64,000 nucleotides of DNA from positions 4,352,001 to 4,416,000 of the forward strand of contig OZ244960.1 in NCBI GenBank assembly GCA_965222605.1. Direction: 5' to 3'. A program made the translations under genes and the position numbers. Under the pieces are notes generated by a model. The model saw only the letters and a list, made by a program, of their open reading frames with translations. It searched no databases and was not told the DNA's origin. The number at the start of each line of letters is the position of its first letter. The first letter of the stretch is position 1. Shown here piece by piece: positions 10,082-21,000 of this stretch. Source of the DNA: Candidatus Latescibacterota bacterium (lineage in GTDB: Bacteria > Latescibacterota > UBA2968).

Positions 10082-10615
10082 CTACAAAAGTCCCTCGATT
10101 TCCTGTACGACAATTTTGCCGGCTTTTTGATCCACGCGAACAATCTCGCGCACGGCTGGGATCAATACGTCTTCGCCATTGCGATCCACCACATACACAT
10201 CGTTGGCCGGATACGACAAGACTTCTACGACATGTCCCACCATTGCGCCCGATGCTGTTTCAACTGGCAGTCCCTCGAGTTCAAAAACGTAAAACGAGTC
10301 GGCGGGCAAGGGATACACGGCATCGCGAGGTACTAAAATAAAGTGCTCGCGCAATCGCCCCACATGCTCAGGGGTGTTGATGTCTTGAAATTTGATTGCC
10401 AGGCGAGAACCATAAGCGCGTACATAAGCGACATTCAATGTAGAATATGTACCATCGGGTGCTTCAACGCGCATAGAATCCAAATCGTCAAACCGTTGCG
10501 GGAAATCGGTCAGCGGCAACAAAAAAGCTTCACCCCGAATGCCTCGGGGTTTCATAATTTTGCCAACCGTGACAAAGCCTGTGCTGGAGTGGTTTAATTC
10601 AGTATCCGGCTCCAA
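10082..10615 (-). CDS. rimM: 16S rRNA processing protein RimM
   Basis: VGKIMKPRGIRGE and VLIPAV motifs; lies between rpsP and trmD. Confidence 0.95.
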   Translation of the reverse strand: MEPDTELNHSSTGFVTVGKIMKPRGIRGEAFLLPLTDFPQRFDDLDSMRVEAPDGTYSTLNVAYVRAYGSRLAIKFQDINTPEHVGRLREHFILVPRDAVYPLPADSFYVFELEGLPVETASGAMVGHVVEVLSYPANDVYVVDRNGEDVLIPAVREIVRVDQKAGKIVVQEIEGLL

Positions 10616-10618
10616 GAC

Positions 10619-10918
10619 TCATTCCTCAGATGAGGCGTCTGACTCAGCATCCGCAGGTTGTGCGTCCTGATCCTGATTTTTTAGCAGACCCTTTTGGCGA
10701 AATAAACTGCGTACCGTATCGGAGGGCTGTGCGCCCACGCCCAACCAATATCTCACGCGATCTTCTTTCAACTCGATAATCTGGGGATTTTTTGTCGGAT
10801 TATAATGCCCCAAAACCTCGATGAACCGACCATCGCGAGGTGAGGTGGTATCGGCCGCTACCACGCGGTAGAACGGTGCTTTTTTTGCGCCCATACGACG
10901 TAAGCGAAGTCGAACCAA
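10619..10918 (-). CDS. rpsP: 30S ribosomal protein S16
   Basis: [33 protein letters not shown]; TTG start. Confidence 0.98.
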   Translation of the reverse strand: MVRLRLRRMGAKKAPFYRVVAADTTSPRDGRFIEVLGHYNPTKNPQIIELKEDRVRYWLGVGAQPSDTVRSLFRQKGLLKNQDQDAQPADAESDASSEE

Positions 10919-10934
10919 ATCAAACTCCTTTGTG

Positions 10935-12260
10935 TTATCCGAACATCGGAATTGCCATTTTGCCCTGTTTTTCTATACGGGACATGCGTTTCATCATTTT
11001 TTGCATCATGTTGAATTGTTTGAGCAATTTGTTGACATCTTGAATGCTGCGCCCGCTGCCGTTTGCAATGCGTTTGCGCCTGCTGCCATTAATAATATGC
11101 GGTTTGTCGCGCTCTGCGGGTGTCATTGAATAGATGATTGCCTCAATATGCGAGAAGGTCTTTTCATCTACCTGCAAATCCGGCATGGACTTGCTCACCC
11201 CGGGAATCATTTTCATCAGTTGATCTAAGGGACCCATCTGCCTAATTTGCGCCATTTGCTCGAGAAAATCGTCAAATGTGAATGATGCCGAGCGAAGCTT
11301 TTGTTCGACTTTTCTCGCCTGTTCAGTGTCAATGGTCGCCTGTGCTTTTTCCACCAGCGTAACCACATCGCCCATGCCCAAAATGCGAGAGGCCATGCGA
11401 TCGGGATGAAATACTTCCAGGCCATCGATTTTCTCGCTGACGCCGATGTATTTAATCGGAACGCCCGCAACCTCGCGGATGGATAAAGCCGCGCCGCCGC
11501 GGGTGTCACTGTCCATACGCGTGAGTATCACACCCGAAAATTTGAGTTTTTCGTAAAAGGCCGAGGCTGACGACACCGCATCTTGCCCGGTCATGGCGTC
11601 GCACACAAACAGAATTTCTGAGGGCGATACGGCCTCGCGGATGCGAAATACCTCATCCATGCGCTCGTCATCAACGTGTAGCCGACCCGCCGTATCGAGA
11701 ATCACCACATCGCAATTTTCATTTTGCGCCCGATCCACCGCCTGTATGCAAATATCGACCGGATCGGTGCCTTCTAGTGCCCGATGCACGGGCACGCCCA
11801 CTTGCTCGCCGAGTACGCAAAGTTGATCAATTGCCGCGGGACGATAAATATCAGCCGCCACGAGTAAGGTTTTTTTATTTTCCGATATCAACAATCGGGC
11901 CAATTTTGCTGCGGCTGTCGTTTTACCCGCTCCTTGAAGCCCGATCATCATTATTGCTGAGGGCGGCGATTCCGCAAATTGCAAGGCGGCATTTTGATTG
12001 CCCATCAACGCGATCAATTCGTCGTGGACAACTTTTACAACTTGCTGCCCGGGCGTGATGCTTTTGAGCACTTCCCGCCCTATGGCGCGTTCTTTGACCC
12101 GCGCTATAAACGAGCGGGCAACTTTGTAGTTGACGTCTGCCTCGAGCAAGGCCCGGCGCACCTCTCGCATGGCGTCGTCGATGTTCGACTCGTTCAATCG
12201 ACCGCGGCTGCGAAGTTGCTTAAAAACGCCATTGAGGCGTTCTGTCAACATTTCAAACAT
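10935..12260 (-). CDS. ffh: Signal recognition particle protein Ffh
   Basis: [21 protein letters not shown] and Met-rich M domain; start MFEMLTERL at 12260. Confidence 0.98.
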   Translation of the reverse strand: MFEMLTERLNGVFKQLRSRGRLNESNIDDAMREVRRALLEADVNYKVARSFIARVKERAIGREVLKSITPGQQVVKVVHDELIALMGNQNAALQFAESPPSAIMMIGLQGAGKTTAAAKLARLLISENKKTLLVAADIYRPAAIDQLCVLGEQVGVPVHRALEGTDPVDICIQAVDRAQNENCDVVILDTAGRLHVDDERMDEVFRIREAVSPSEILFVCDAMTGQDAVSSASAFYEKLKFSGVILTRMDSDTRGGAALSIREVAGVPIKYIGVSEKIDGLEVFHPDRMASRILGMGDVVTLVEKAQATIDTEQARKVEQKLRSASFTFDDFLEQMAQIRQMGPLDQLMKMIPGVSKSMPDLQVDEKTFSHIEAIIYSMTPAERDKPHIINGSRRKRIANGSGRSIQDVNKLLKQFNMMQKMMKRMSRIEKQGKMAIPMFG

Positions 12261-12353
12261 AAAAAGACCTGAAAAATAACGGGGCAAGAAAGAGAAATAT
12301 AGAAGATTCGCCAATTTTATGCAAGAAATAAGCTGACGAAAAATCCGCAGCAA

Positions 12354-13010
12354 CTATCCCATTGCCGCCTGACGAATGGCCTGTACGTTTTTTTCAATAG
12401 CCCCGTCGCGAAATACTGCCGAACCTGCTACGAGCACTTGTACGCCAGCTTCGACCACCTGACGAGCGTTTTCCACATCAATGCCACCGTCAATTTCTAT
12501 TTCGACATCCAATTCCTGTCGCACAATTTCGGCTTTTAATGCCCGCGCCCGATCGAGAGACGCCGGCATAAACGACTGGCCGCCAAAGCCCGGTTCGACC
12601 GACATGATGAGTGCGAGGTCCAATTTGGGTAGCAGCGGGAATAACGCCTTGATCCCCGTGCCCGGGCGCAAGGTAGCACCGGCTTTCATATTGGCTTTGC
12701 GGATGCGATCCAACAGTGCGGGGACATCTTCTTTGACTTCGACATGAACGGTTAAAATATCTGTGCCTGCATCGGCAAAATCTTTCAGATATTTACCGGG
12801 TTCAGAAATCATGAGATGCACGTCCAGCACCAGATCTGTTGTTTTGCGAATGGCTTCAACAACCAGCGCACCGAATGTAATATTGGGCACAAAATGTCCG
12901 TCCATAATATCCAGATGAATATATTCGGCACCGGCCTCTTCAACCAGACGCACCTGATTTTCGAGCGTGCGGAAATCGGCAGAGAGAAATGATGGGGCGA
13001 TTTTTATCAT
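12354..13010 (-). CDS. rpe: Ribulose-phosphate 3-epimerase
   Basis: HLDIMDGHFVPNITFG, MSVEPGFGGQ, DGGI. Confidence 0.97.
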   Translation of the reverse strand: MIKIAPSFLSADFRTLENQVRLVEEAGAEYIHLDIMDGHFVPNITFGALVVEAIRKTTDLVLDVHLMISEPGKYLKDFADAGTDILTVHVEVKEDVPALLDRIRKANMKAGATLRPGTGIKALFPLLPKLDLALIMSVEPGFGGQSFMPASLDRARALKAEIVRQELDVEIEIDGGIDVENARQVVEAGVQVLVAGSAVFRDGAIEKNVQAIRQAAMG

Positions 13011-13032
13011 TTTAACCTCAAATAAAACTTTC

Positions 13033-13773
13033 TCACAACTTACTCACAATCAATTGCACGGGAGACCCGCGTTTTATTGACGTGCCCGATTCTGGCTCCT
13101 GGCGGATTACGACATCGGGTTCATAAGCGGTGCTAAATTCGTATCGGATATTATTGGGCTGCAAACCGAGCGACAATAACAAACGCCGGGCTTCGTCTAA
13201 TTTTAGCTCGGTAACCCGGGGCATATTGACAAGCGCGCGAGGAGGTCCCGTGCTCACAATCAGTTCGACCTGCGTCCCCGGGACGACTTGCTCGCCAGCT
13301 TTGGGCGTGTGATCGATAATATTGCCCTCTTTTATTTCTGAAGATGACATTTCGGTGACTTTGCCGATGGTCAAATCTGCCTGTGCAATCCACAACTGAG
13401 CCTGTCGCAAAGGGCGGTCGCGGAGATCGGGTACGGCGTGGAGACGCTGTCCCAGACTCGGCGCGACATAGACCGTGCGATTGGGTTTTACGTGCGAGAG
13501 GGCAGACGGATTTTGCCACACAATTTGTCCTGCAGGCACAGAAGCATCCCAGCGCGGTTCTCGTTCTTTCATGCGCAGGCTCTTGTCTTGCAATCGCGCC
13601 TGTGCCTGTGAGGGGGTAAGTCCGATAAGATCGGGAACAGCGACTTCTACACCTTGCCGCACATAGATCGGCATTGCAATTTGATCGACTACAATTAATC
13701 CGATTATTGCCGTAAATATGGCGCACACACCAAAAAGAGCAATTTCGCGCAAAGTTTTCAAAGCCAAATTCAT
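13033..13773 (-). CDS. Membrane-anchored protein with three PASTA domains
   Basis: N-terminal TM followed by three VPDL/MP...Q.P....V.L.VS repeats. Confidence 0.9.
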   Translation of the reverse strand: MNLALKTLREIALFGVCAIFTAIIGLIVVDQIAMPIYVRQGVEVAVPDLIGLTPSQAQARLQDKSLRMKEREPRWDASVPAGQIVWQNPSALSHVKPNRTVYVAPSLGQRLHAVPDLRDRPLRQAQLWIAQADLTIGKVTEMSSSEIKEGNIIDHTPKAGEQVVPGTQVELIVSTGPPRALVNMPRVTELKLDEARRLLLSLGLQPNNIRYEFSTAYEPDVVIRQEPESGTSIKRGSPVQLIVSKL

Positions 13774-13842
13774 GCATGCCTCCAAATTCCAAAATAGCTG
13801 AAGGCCCAAATCCTGTCAAGCACGAACCCTTGAAACAGAGAG

Positions 13843-14682
13843 TTAATACTCAAAGATCACCGAAGCGCGATGCGTGATCCCCAGTACTGTATGCCATACT
13901 GCGGCATAATCAATCGCAAAGCCACTTTTTCGCACGCCAAATCCCGCGCTCAATCGTTCCGGGCGGCTACCTGCACCTGTGCGTAGCACCAGTTGGGGGC
14001 GGATATGATATATTACTCCAATGCCCGCACCTGTGGGAAAATTCGCTTCTTTCTGTATATCTGCCACCAACATGACCCGCGGCATGACGGCAATACCCAT
14101 CCCCACAGTGCCTCCCTGTCCCAAAAGAGATGTGTGCCTGCCACCTGCATTCCAGACTGTTGCGCCGAGAAAGACGCCTTTGCGCAACTGCAATCTTATT
14201 CCCGCATCGAATACCACCCAGTGTTGTGTGGGCATTCCCGCTGTGCTTAGTTGCAAGGCGCGTATGCCGAATCCCAGGCTCGCCTGTTGAAATACGCGCA
14301 GTCCATAAATGAGACCAAATATCTGCTCTTTGTAGAGCGCGAATCCAAATCCCGTATATCTCGCGCCCAGGCCATGGCGGCCAATCCGCAGGCCAGCACT
14401 GAACGCATGTGTTGCCAGTTCGGCTATTCCGAAGGGCCGGTCATACGTGCCAAACAAGCTCAATCGCTTGCCCCATGCCAATGCTGCGGGATTCCAAAAT
14501 GCGCCTGCGGCACCGGCTGCCAATGCCACGCCTGCATCGCCAGTACCTGAGGTATGTGCTCCAATGGGTTGAAATTCAAAGGCTGCGTGAGCAGATGAAG
14601 GGAAGAGTGCGAAAAGTGCAAGAGCAATCCACTTGGTTCGCAGGCTGCGGAAAAGCGGGCTGAGAAACAGTTGATCTGGCAT
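13843..14682 (-). CDS. PorV/PorQ-like outer-membrane beta-barrel protein
   Basis: Signal peptide ending AHA, AFWNPAAL motif, alternating beta-strand pattern, C-terminal IDYA...LGITHRASVIFEY. Start uncertain. Confidence 0.65.
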   Translation of the reverse strand: MPDQLFLSPLFRSLRTKWIALALFALFPSSAHAAFEFQPIGAHTSGTGDAGVALAAGAAGAFWNPAALAWGKRLSLFGTYDRPFGIAELATHAFSAGLRIGRHGLGARYTGFGFALYKEQIFGLIYGLRVFQQASLGFGIRALQLSTAGMPTQHWVVFDAGIRLQLRKGVFLGATVWNAGGRHTSLLGQGGTVGMGIAVMPRVMLVADIQKEANFPTGAGIGVIYHIRPQLVLRTGAGSRPERLSAGFGVRKSGFAIDYAAVWHTVLGITHRASVIFEY

Positions 14683-14953
14683 GGGAGACCACGTATGGAA
14701 TGGGTTAGAGGATGCGTATTTTCGCAATTTATTTGCAAATACCCTGCCAGACTTATGGTTTAACCCATTTTCTTTTAACCTGTTGATATTACACACCAAA
14801 ATCTATTGATTATCGGTAAGTGCATGCGGGCAACTGTCGGCAACTATGCGACAGAATATTTCAACCTGTCGCTCGTTATTAGACAAAAAATTTTCTTTCT
14901 CGCAGGAGTCATACGCGATGTTGTGGAGGAATCCTTTTCCGGCTTGCCATTGA

Positions 14954-14982
14954 TTGACACTTGCAGATTTGCAACGTATTTT
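14954..14982 (+). promoter_or_regulatory. Sigma70-type promoter for the pectate lyase with a palindrome in the spacer
   Basis: TTGACA-17 bp-TATTTT; spacer contains TTGCAGATTTGCAA. Confidence 0.5.
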
Positions 14983-14995
14983 GTAGAAGGACATA

Positions 14996-16342
14996 ATGAA
15001 TTTTGAAGGAAATAGCAGCATGAATTGGGATATAATTCAAAAAATCGCGCTGTGTGCATTTGTCGCGCTTATCGCGTGTGGTGGAGATAGTCCCACAGGT
15101 CAAGAAGGTGGAGATAATCCCACAGATCGGAATCTGGATGATGCGCACCGCTTTGATATTACGGAGAATCAGATCAGCGATTTTGGTATGAATACGCCCG
15201 GTGGACGCGGGGGCAAGGTCATTCGGGTGACAAATCTATATGCAAGTGGACAGGGATCACTGGATGCGGCACTATCTGCGCCTGGACCGCGTATTGTGGT
15301 GCTTGAAGTGGGTGGGGTGATTGATATGGGCAAGGGAAAGCTGAGGATTCGCGAGCCGTTTGTGACTGTGGCGGGGCAAACCGCGCCGAGTCCGGGCATT
15401 ACGATTATTCGCGGTTCGTTGTCGATTACGACGCACGATGTGATTGTGCAACATATTCGGGTGCGCCCAGGCGATGCGGGCGAGGAAAAAGGAAGTGGAT
15501 GGTCCCCAGATGGTATTTCAACAGATGGTGACGAGGCGTACAATGTGTTGATCGATCACTGTTCGATTTCATGGGCAGTGGATGAAAATCTGAGCGCGTC
15601 TGGCCCACGCCTGAATGGGCCGGATGCGACTTCTCGTCGCATCGCGTTTGTCAATTGCATTATCGCCGAGTGTCTGAATGATGCATCGCACAGCAGCGGT
15701 CCACACTCAAAGGGATCCCTGATTCACGATTTTTGTCGGGAGATTGCCATTATAGGCAATTTGTATGCCCACAATGTGCAGCGCAATCCGTATTTCAAGG
15801 CATTTACAACCGGGGTGATTGTGAACAATTTGATTTACAACCCGGGGTCTCGGGCGATTCAACTGAGTTTTTCAGATAGCGAGTTTGGCAATACCAATCT
15901 CGTTCCGCAAAATGCACGCGTGAGTGTGGTGGGCAATGTGATGGTTCACGGTGAGGATACGCGGTCAGGACTGGCATTGGTGGCGTCGAAGGGCGATGCC
16001 TATCTCGAGGATAATATCGCGCTGGATCGCACGGGTGCTGCCGCACCTTTGACCTCGGGCAATATCCGCATTTTGAATGAGAAGCCAATCTGGGGCAATA
16101 TCACCCCGTTGTCCGCATCGGCGGTTGTGGATCATGTGGTACAAAGTGCGGGTGCGCGTCCGAAAGACCGCGATGAGATTGATCTGCGGATTATAAGCGA
16201 GTTTCTCGCGCGCGAAGGTCGGGTGATAGATAGTCAGCAGGAGGTGGGTGGATATCCTCCGAAAAATATGGTCATACGCAGGTTGGATATCCCCGCGGAT
16301 GTGGATGCGTGGTTGGCGCGACTGGCGGCGGAGATTGAGTGA
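14996..16342 (+). CDS. Pectate lyase (PL1-like) lipoprotein
   Basis: Lipobox LIAC, GGRGGKVIRVTNL, AGQTAPSPG, IDHCS and RNP motifs. Confidence 0.88.
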   Translation: MNFEGNSSMNWDIIQKIALCAFVALIACGGDSPTGQEGGDNPTDRNLDDAHRFDITENQISDFGMNTPGGRGGKVIRVTNLYASGQGSLDAALSAPGPRIVVLEVGGVIDMGKGKLRIREPFVTVAGQTAPSPGITIIRGSLSITTHDVIVQHIRVRPGDAGEEKGSGWSPDGISTDGDEAYNVLIDHCSISWAVDENLSASGPRLNGPDATSRRIAFVNCIIAECLNDASHSSGPHSKGSLIHDFCREIAIIGNLYAHNVQRNPYFKAFTTGVIVNNLIYNPGSRAIQLSFSDSEFGNTNLVPQNARVSVVGNVMVHGEDTRSGLALVASKGDAYLEDNIALDRTGAAAPLTSGNIRILNEKPIWGNITPLSASAVVDHVVQSAGARPKDRDEIDLRIISEFLAREGRVIDSQQEVGGYPPKNMVIRRLDIPADVDAWLARLAAEIE

Positions 16343-16428
16343 GGTAATCGCAGTTGATTTATGGGAGAAAAGAACCGATATTGTTCTCGTCCGATTTCTA
16401 CGAATCTTCACTTGGGGGAGAGAAGGTT

Positions 16429-17166
16429 ATGGCTTATTTTACCGACGAAGAAAAATTGCATTTCACAGAACAGGGGTATGTTGTCAAACGCGATGTCGTG
16501 TCGATGCACTTGATCGATAAGGCGGTGGATGTGCTGTGGGAGGAGATTGAGGCAGATCGCAACGATCCCGAAACGTGGATTAACGCGGGACCGAGGGGAA
16601 ATTTGAAATGCAGCAGTCATCCCGATGTGCGGGCGACGTTGACAGAGACTCCGATTCAGGATATGTGCGAAGAAATGGTGGGTAAAGGGACTCTGGCTGT
16701 GTCGAATTACACATTTGCCAAGATGATTTATCCCGAAGGACACGACAATTGGACGACGGCCAGGCAAATGCATCTGGACGGATATACGTGTGAAGGCGTG
16801 GTGGATACATTTGCGATCGCGGTGACGGTGAATATCAATCACGTCAAGCCGCACTCGGGAGGGTTTTCGATCTGGCCGGGCGCGCACAAGCGGGCATACG
16901 AGTATTTTAAGACGCACAGTCTGGTGAATGGGTTGGATGCGTTTCGCAATGAGCAGGGGGAATATTACGATCTTCCCACGCCAGTTGATGTTACAGGACC
17001 GCCGGGCACGGTGACGTTCTGGCATCATTTGATGTTGCACAGTCCGGGCGTAAATTGTGGGCGGGATATTCGCATGGCGTTTGTGAGTCGGTTTCGGCGG
17101 AGAGATAATAACGATATGCGCTTTGAGACGCCGGATGATATGTGGAAATATTGGGATGGATTGTAG
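16429..17166 (+). CDS. Phytanoyl-CoA dioxygenase (PhyH)-family Fe(II)/2OG oxygenase
   Basis: FTEQGYVV, HLD, PGAH, H...N...R pattern; start set at ATG 16429. Confidence 0.85.
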   Translation: MAYFTDEEKLHFTEQGYVVKRDVVSMHLIDKAVDVLWEEIEADRNDPETWINAGPRGNLKCSSHPDVRATLTETPIQDMCEEMVGKGTLAVSNYTFAKMIYPEGHDNWTTARQMHLDGYTCEGVVDTFAIAVTVNINHVKPHSGGFSIWPGAHKRAYEYFKTHSLVNGLDAFRNEQGEYYDLPTPVDVTGPPGTVTFWHHLMLHSPGVNCGRDIRMAFVSRFRRRDNNDMRFETPDDMWKYWDGL

Positions 17167-17187
17167 GCGGATTCCGCGTTGAGATAT

Positions 17188-17222
17188 AAAAGGCCAGGAT
17201 GGCGATATGTCCTGGCCTTTTG
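17188..17222 (+). terminator. Intrinsic terminator
   Basis: AAAGGCCAGGA...TCCTGGCCTTTT. Confidence 0.75.
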
Positions 17223-17361
17223 TATTGGTGCCACTCACATGAGTTGCCAAGTTAGTGTTAATTGACAGTTGATATGACTTTACCCATATTAAGGGTTACT
17301 AAATACGACACCAAATATTTCAAATTGACGGCAGGATAATAACGAGAGATGAGGAAACATC

Positions 17362-17592
17362 ATGAATATTACACTCAGCATTGATGAAGAAGTCGTTAAA
17401 AAAGTGCGTAAAATTGCTGTGGACCAGGATACGACTTTGACTGCTATGGTACGCGAATATCTCAAAACTGTAGCAGATAGTGACCAGGCTGAACGGCGGG
17501 AACGCATTCGAAAATTGAATGATACTTTCCGCAAATACAGTGGCAAAATGGGTCCTCGAACGTGGACACGAGAAGATCTTTATGAACGCTAA
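17362..17592 (+). CDS. Type II antitoxin, RHH/CopG-like (VapB-type)
   Basis: MNITLSIDEEVVKKVR...LTAMVREYL...WTREDLYER; overlaps the PIN gene. Confidence 0.85.
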   Translation: MNITLSIDEEVVKKVRKIAVDQDTTLTAMVREYLKTVADSDQAERRERIRKLNDTFRKYSGKMGPRTWTREDLYER

Positions 17593-18007
17593 GACCTTTT
17601 TAGACTCCAATGTACTGATTTACGCTTACGATAATAGCAATATATTAAAACAGACCCTCGCGCAAAAGATTTTGAACCAGGGACTTGCTGCTAATAATAT
17701 CGTTCTGTCTGTCCAGGTACTCAGCGAATTTTATACAACTGTCACAAAGCGTTATGAAGAACCGCTTTCCACGGATCAAGCACGTGATGTGATCAATCTG
17801 GTTGATATTTTGCAAATTGTGCAAATAGATGTTCCTCTGGTTAAGCGTGCAATCGAGACACACAAGCGATATCAGATCAACTATTGGGACGGATTGATTA
17901 TTGCCGCTGCGGAGCAGGGGCGTTGTGGAACTATTCTATCTGAAGACTTAAATGCAGGGCAATTGTACCACGACATCAGAGTTGAGAATCCTTTTAGCAA
18001 TCTGTAA
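17582..18007 (+). CDS. PIN-domain toxin (VapC-type)
   Basis: FLDSNVLIYA, QVLSEF, YWDGLIIAAA and SEDL motifs; ENPF end. Confidence 0.92.
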   Translation: MNAKTFLDSNVLIYAYDNSNILKQTLAQKILNQGLAANNIVLSVQVLSEFYTTVTKRYEEPLSTDQARDVINLVDILQIVQIDVPLVKRAIETHKRYQINYWDGLIIAAAEQGRCGTILSEDLNAGQLYHDIRVENPFSNL

Positions 18008-18012
18008 AACCT

Positions 18013-21000
18013 ATGCTCTCCAAAAATAAATTAAGAAAAAAACACAAATCGTGCAGAAAGCGGCCAAATCTGATGTCGGCGGTGTGGTCGCTGCTGCCTG
18101 TGTGTATGCTCAAAGATGGCATGGAGATTGCGCGGCAGTTGCGGCAAATACAGCGGCAAAAGCGGCGCGATATAGTGCGGTTGAAGAATCTAAAGGTACA
18201 GGCGGAGCGGTCGGCGGCGTTGCGGAAAGACCGCGGGGAGAATCCGCTGCATGTGACGTATCCAGAGGCGTTGCCGATTGCGGCGCGGAAGGATGAGATT
18301 GTCAGGGCGATTCGAGAACATCCGGTGGTGATTGTGGCGGGTGAGACGGGATCTGGAAAGACGACACAGTTGCCCAAAATGTGTTTGGAGGCCGGTCGCG
18401 GTGTGGCGGCGAAAATTGCGTGTACTCAACCCCGGCGCGTGGCGGCGCTGTCTGTGTCGCGGCGCATTGCAGAGGAGTTGGGGGTTGCGTGGGGTGCTGA
18501 GGTGGGGTGCAAAATCCGGTTTAAGGATGAGACTGCGCCCGAGACGCGGATCAAGATGGTGACGGATGGGATGCTGCTCGCGGAGATTCAGGGCGATCCG
18601 AATTTGTATGAGTACGATACGATTATTATTGATGAAGCGCACGAGCGCAGTTTGAATATCGATTTTTTGCTGGGGTATTTGCGTCTGTTGCAAAAGCGCC
18701 GCCCCGAGTTGCGAATCGTGATTACATCGGCGACGATTGATACGGAGGCGTTTTCAAAGGCGTTTGACGATGCGCCCATTATTGAAGTGTCCGGGCGTAT
18801 GTATCCGGTGGATGTGCAATACTGGCCTCTGGAAGATCTCGCCGGGGAAAATGACGTGCAGACGTATATCGATGCGGCGGTGACCGCAGTGGATATGGTG
18901 GTGGATGCGGGACGAGGTGATATTCTGGTTTTTATGCCCACGGAGAAGGATATCCATGAGACGCGCAGGCGTTTGGAGGGGCGACACTTCCGCTTTACAG
19001 AAATTTTGCCATTGTTTGGGCGGTTGACAGCGGGCGATCAGCAGAAGGTGTTTCACAAGCAGAGATATCGGCGCATTGTGGTGGCGACGAATATTGCGGA
19101 GACGTCGATTACGATTCCGGGTATTCGATATGTGATCGATACGGGGCTGGCGCGAATCAGCCGGCACAATCCGCGCAATCAGACGCATCGGCTACCGGTG
19201 GAGGCGATTTCTCAAAGCAGTGCCAGGCAACGGGCAGGGCGGTGTGGGCGCGTGCAAAATGGGGTGTGTATTCGTCTGTACGATGAGAAAAATTTTCTCT
19301 CGCGACCAGAGTACACGCAGCCCGAGATTCAGCGGTCGGATTTGGCTGAGGTCATTTTGCGGATGATTGCGCTGCGGCTGGGCGATGTCGAGACGTTTCC
19401 ATTTATTGATCCCCCCCGTTCTCAGGCGATTCAGGGGGGATTTAATGTGCTGAGGGCGTTGGACGCGATTGATGATAACAAGCGTCTGACACCGCTGGGG
19501 CGCGATATGGCGCGTTTGCCGCTCGCGCCAACGGTATCGCGGATGATTTTGCAAGCGCAAAAAGAACGCGCTTTGCGCGAGGTGCTGGTTATTGCGTCGG
19601 CAATCAGCATTCAGGACCCGCGCGTGCGGCCGCTCGAGCAAGAGAAGGCGGCAGACCAGGAGCACAAGCGGTTTGTAGATGGGGAATCGGATTTTATCGC
19701 GTTGTTGAATATCTGGAAGGCGTATCACGATACGTTTGAAAAATTGAGAACACAGAGCCAGATGCGGAGATTTTGCAAGCAGCATTTTTTGTCTTTTAAT
19801 CGCATGCGCGAATGGCGCGATATTTATATGCAGATTCGACACACGCTGCGCGAGATGGGCGATTTTCGGATGAACCGGGATGGTGCGGGATACGATGCGA
19901 TTCATCGGTCGGTGGTGAGCGGGTTGTTGGGCAATGTGGCGCAAAAGAAGGAAGGCAATATGTATCGCGCAGCGCGTGGGCGCGATGTGATGTTGTTTCC
20001 GGGATCTGGTCTGTTTCAACGGAAAGAGGGAAGAGAGGAAGATAAAAAGAGTACGCCCGGTTGGATTATGGCCGCAGAGGTGGTGGAGACGTCGCGTTTG
20101 TTTGCGCGCACTGTGGCTCGCATACAGCCGTCGTGGCTGGCAGAATTGGGGGCGCATTTGTGTCGGGCGTCTTATAAGGAGCCGTTTTACAGCGTGCGAT
20201 CGGGGCGGGTGCTGGCGACCGAGACCTTGACGCTACACGGTTTGCAGGTGGTGCAAAAGCGCGTGGGTTACGGGCGTATAGATGCCGGAGCAGCCACGGA
20301 GATTTTTATTCGTGAGGCTCTGGTGAATGATGAGGTGGCATTGCCCTATCCGTTTGTGGCGCGCAATCGGGATTTGCGCGCGCGTGTGGAAACATGGCAG
20401 ATGCAACAGCGTTTGATGCAATTTCTGGATCTGGACGAGGCTGCGTATCGGTTTTATGCCGAGCGATTGGAGAATATATCTTCCACGCACGATTTGAACC
20501 GCGTGATCAAGGGAAAGGGCGCGGATTTTTTACTGATGTCCGAAAAGCATCTGGCGGGTGAGCAGGTGGATTTTGACCGGGATGCGTTTCCCAGTTTTTT
20601 GGAGGTGGATGGCGAACAGGTGCCGCTTTCTTATGCGTATCGGCCCGGGCAAGATCGGGATGGCGTGACGTTGCAACTGCCCTACAAGCTGGTGCATTTT
20701 GTACAGCCGGAGGTGCTGGAATGGCTGGTGCCGGGATTGTTGGAACAAAAGGTCACGTATTTGTTGCGCGGGCTTCCAAAAAGTATTCGCAAACGGTTTG
20801 TGCCCGTGCCGGACAAGGCGCGAGAAATTGCGGCGGCGTTACAGCCAACGCATGGCGCGTTTTTGGATTCGCTGTCTGCCCATATTTTAAGTATATATAG
20901 CATTGAGATTTCTCAAAGCGATTGGAATGTGAGCAATTTGCCCGAACATTTGCAGATGCGTGTGGAAGTCCGAGACGAGAAAGAGAAGGCGATTATTGCT

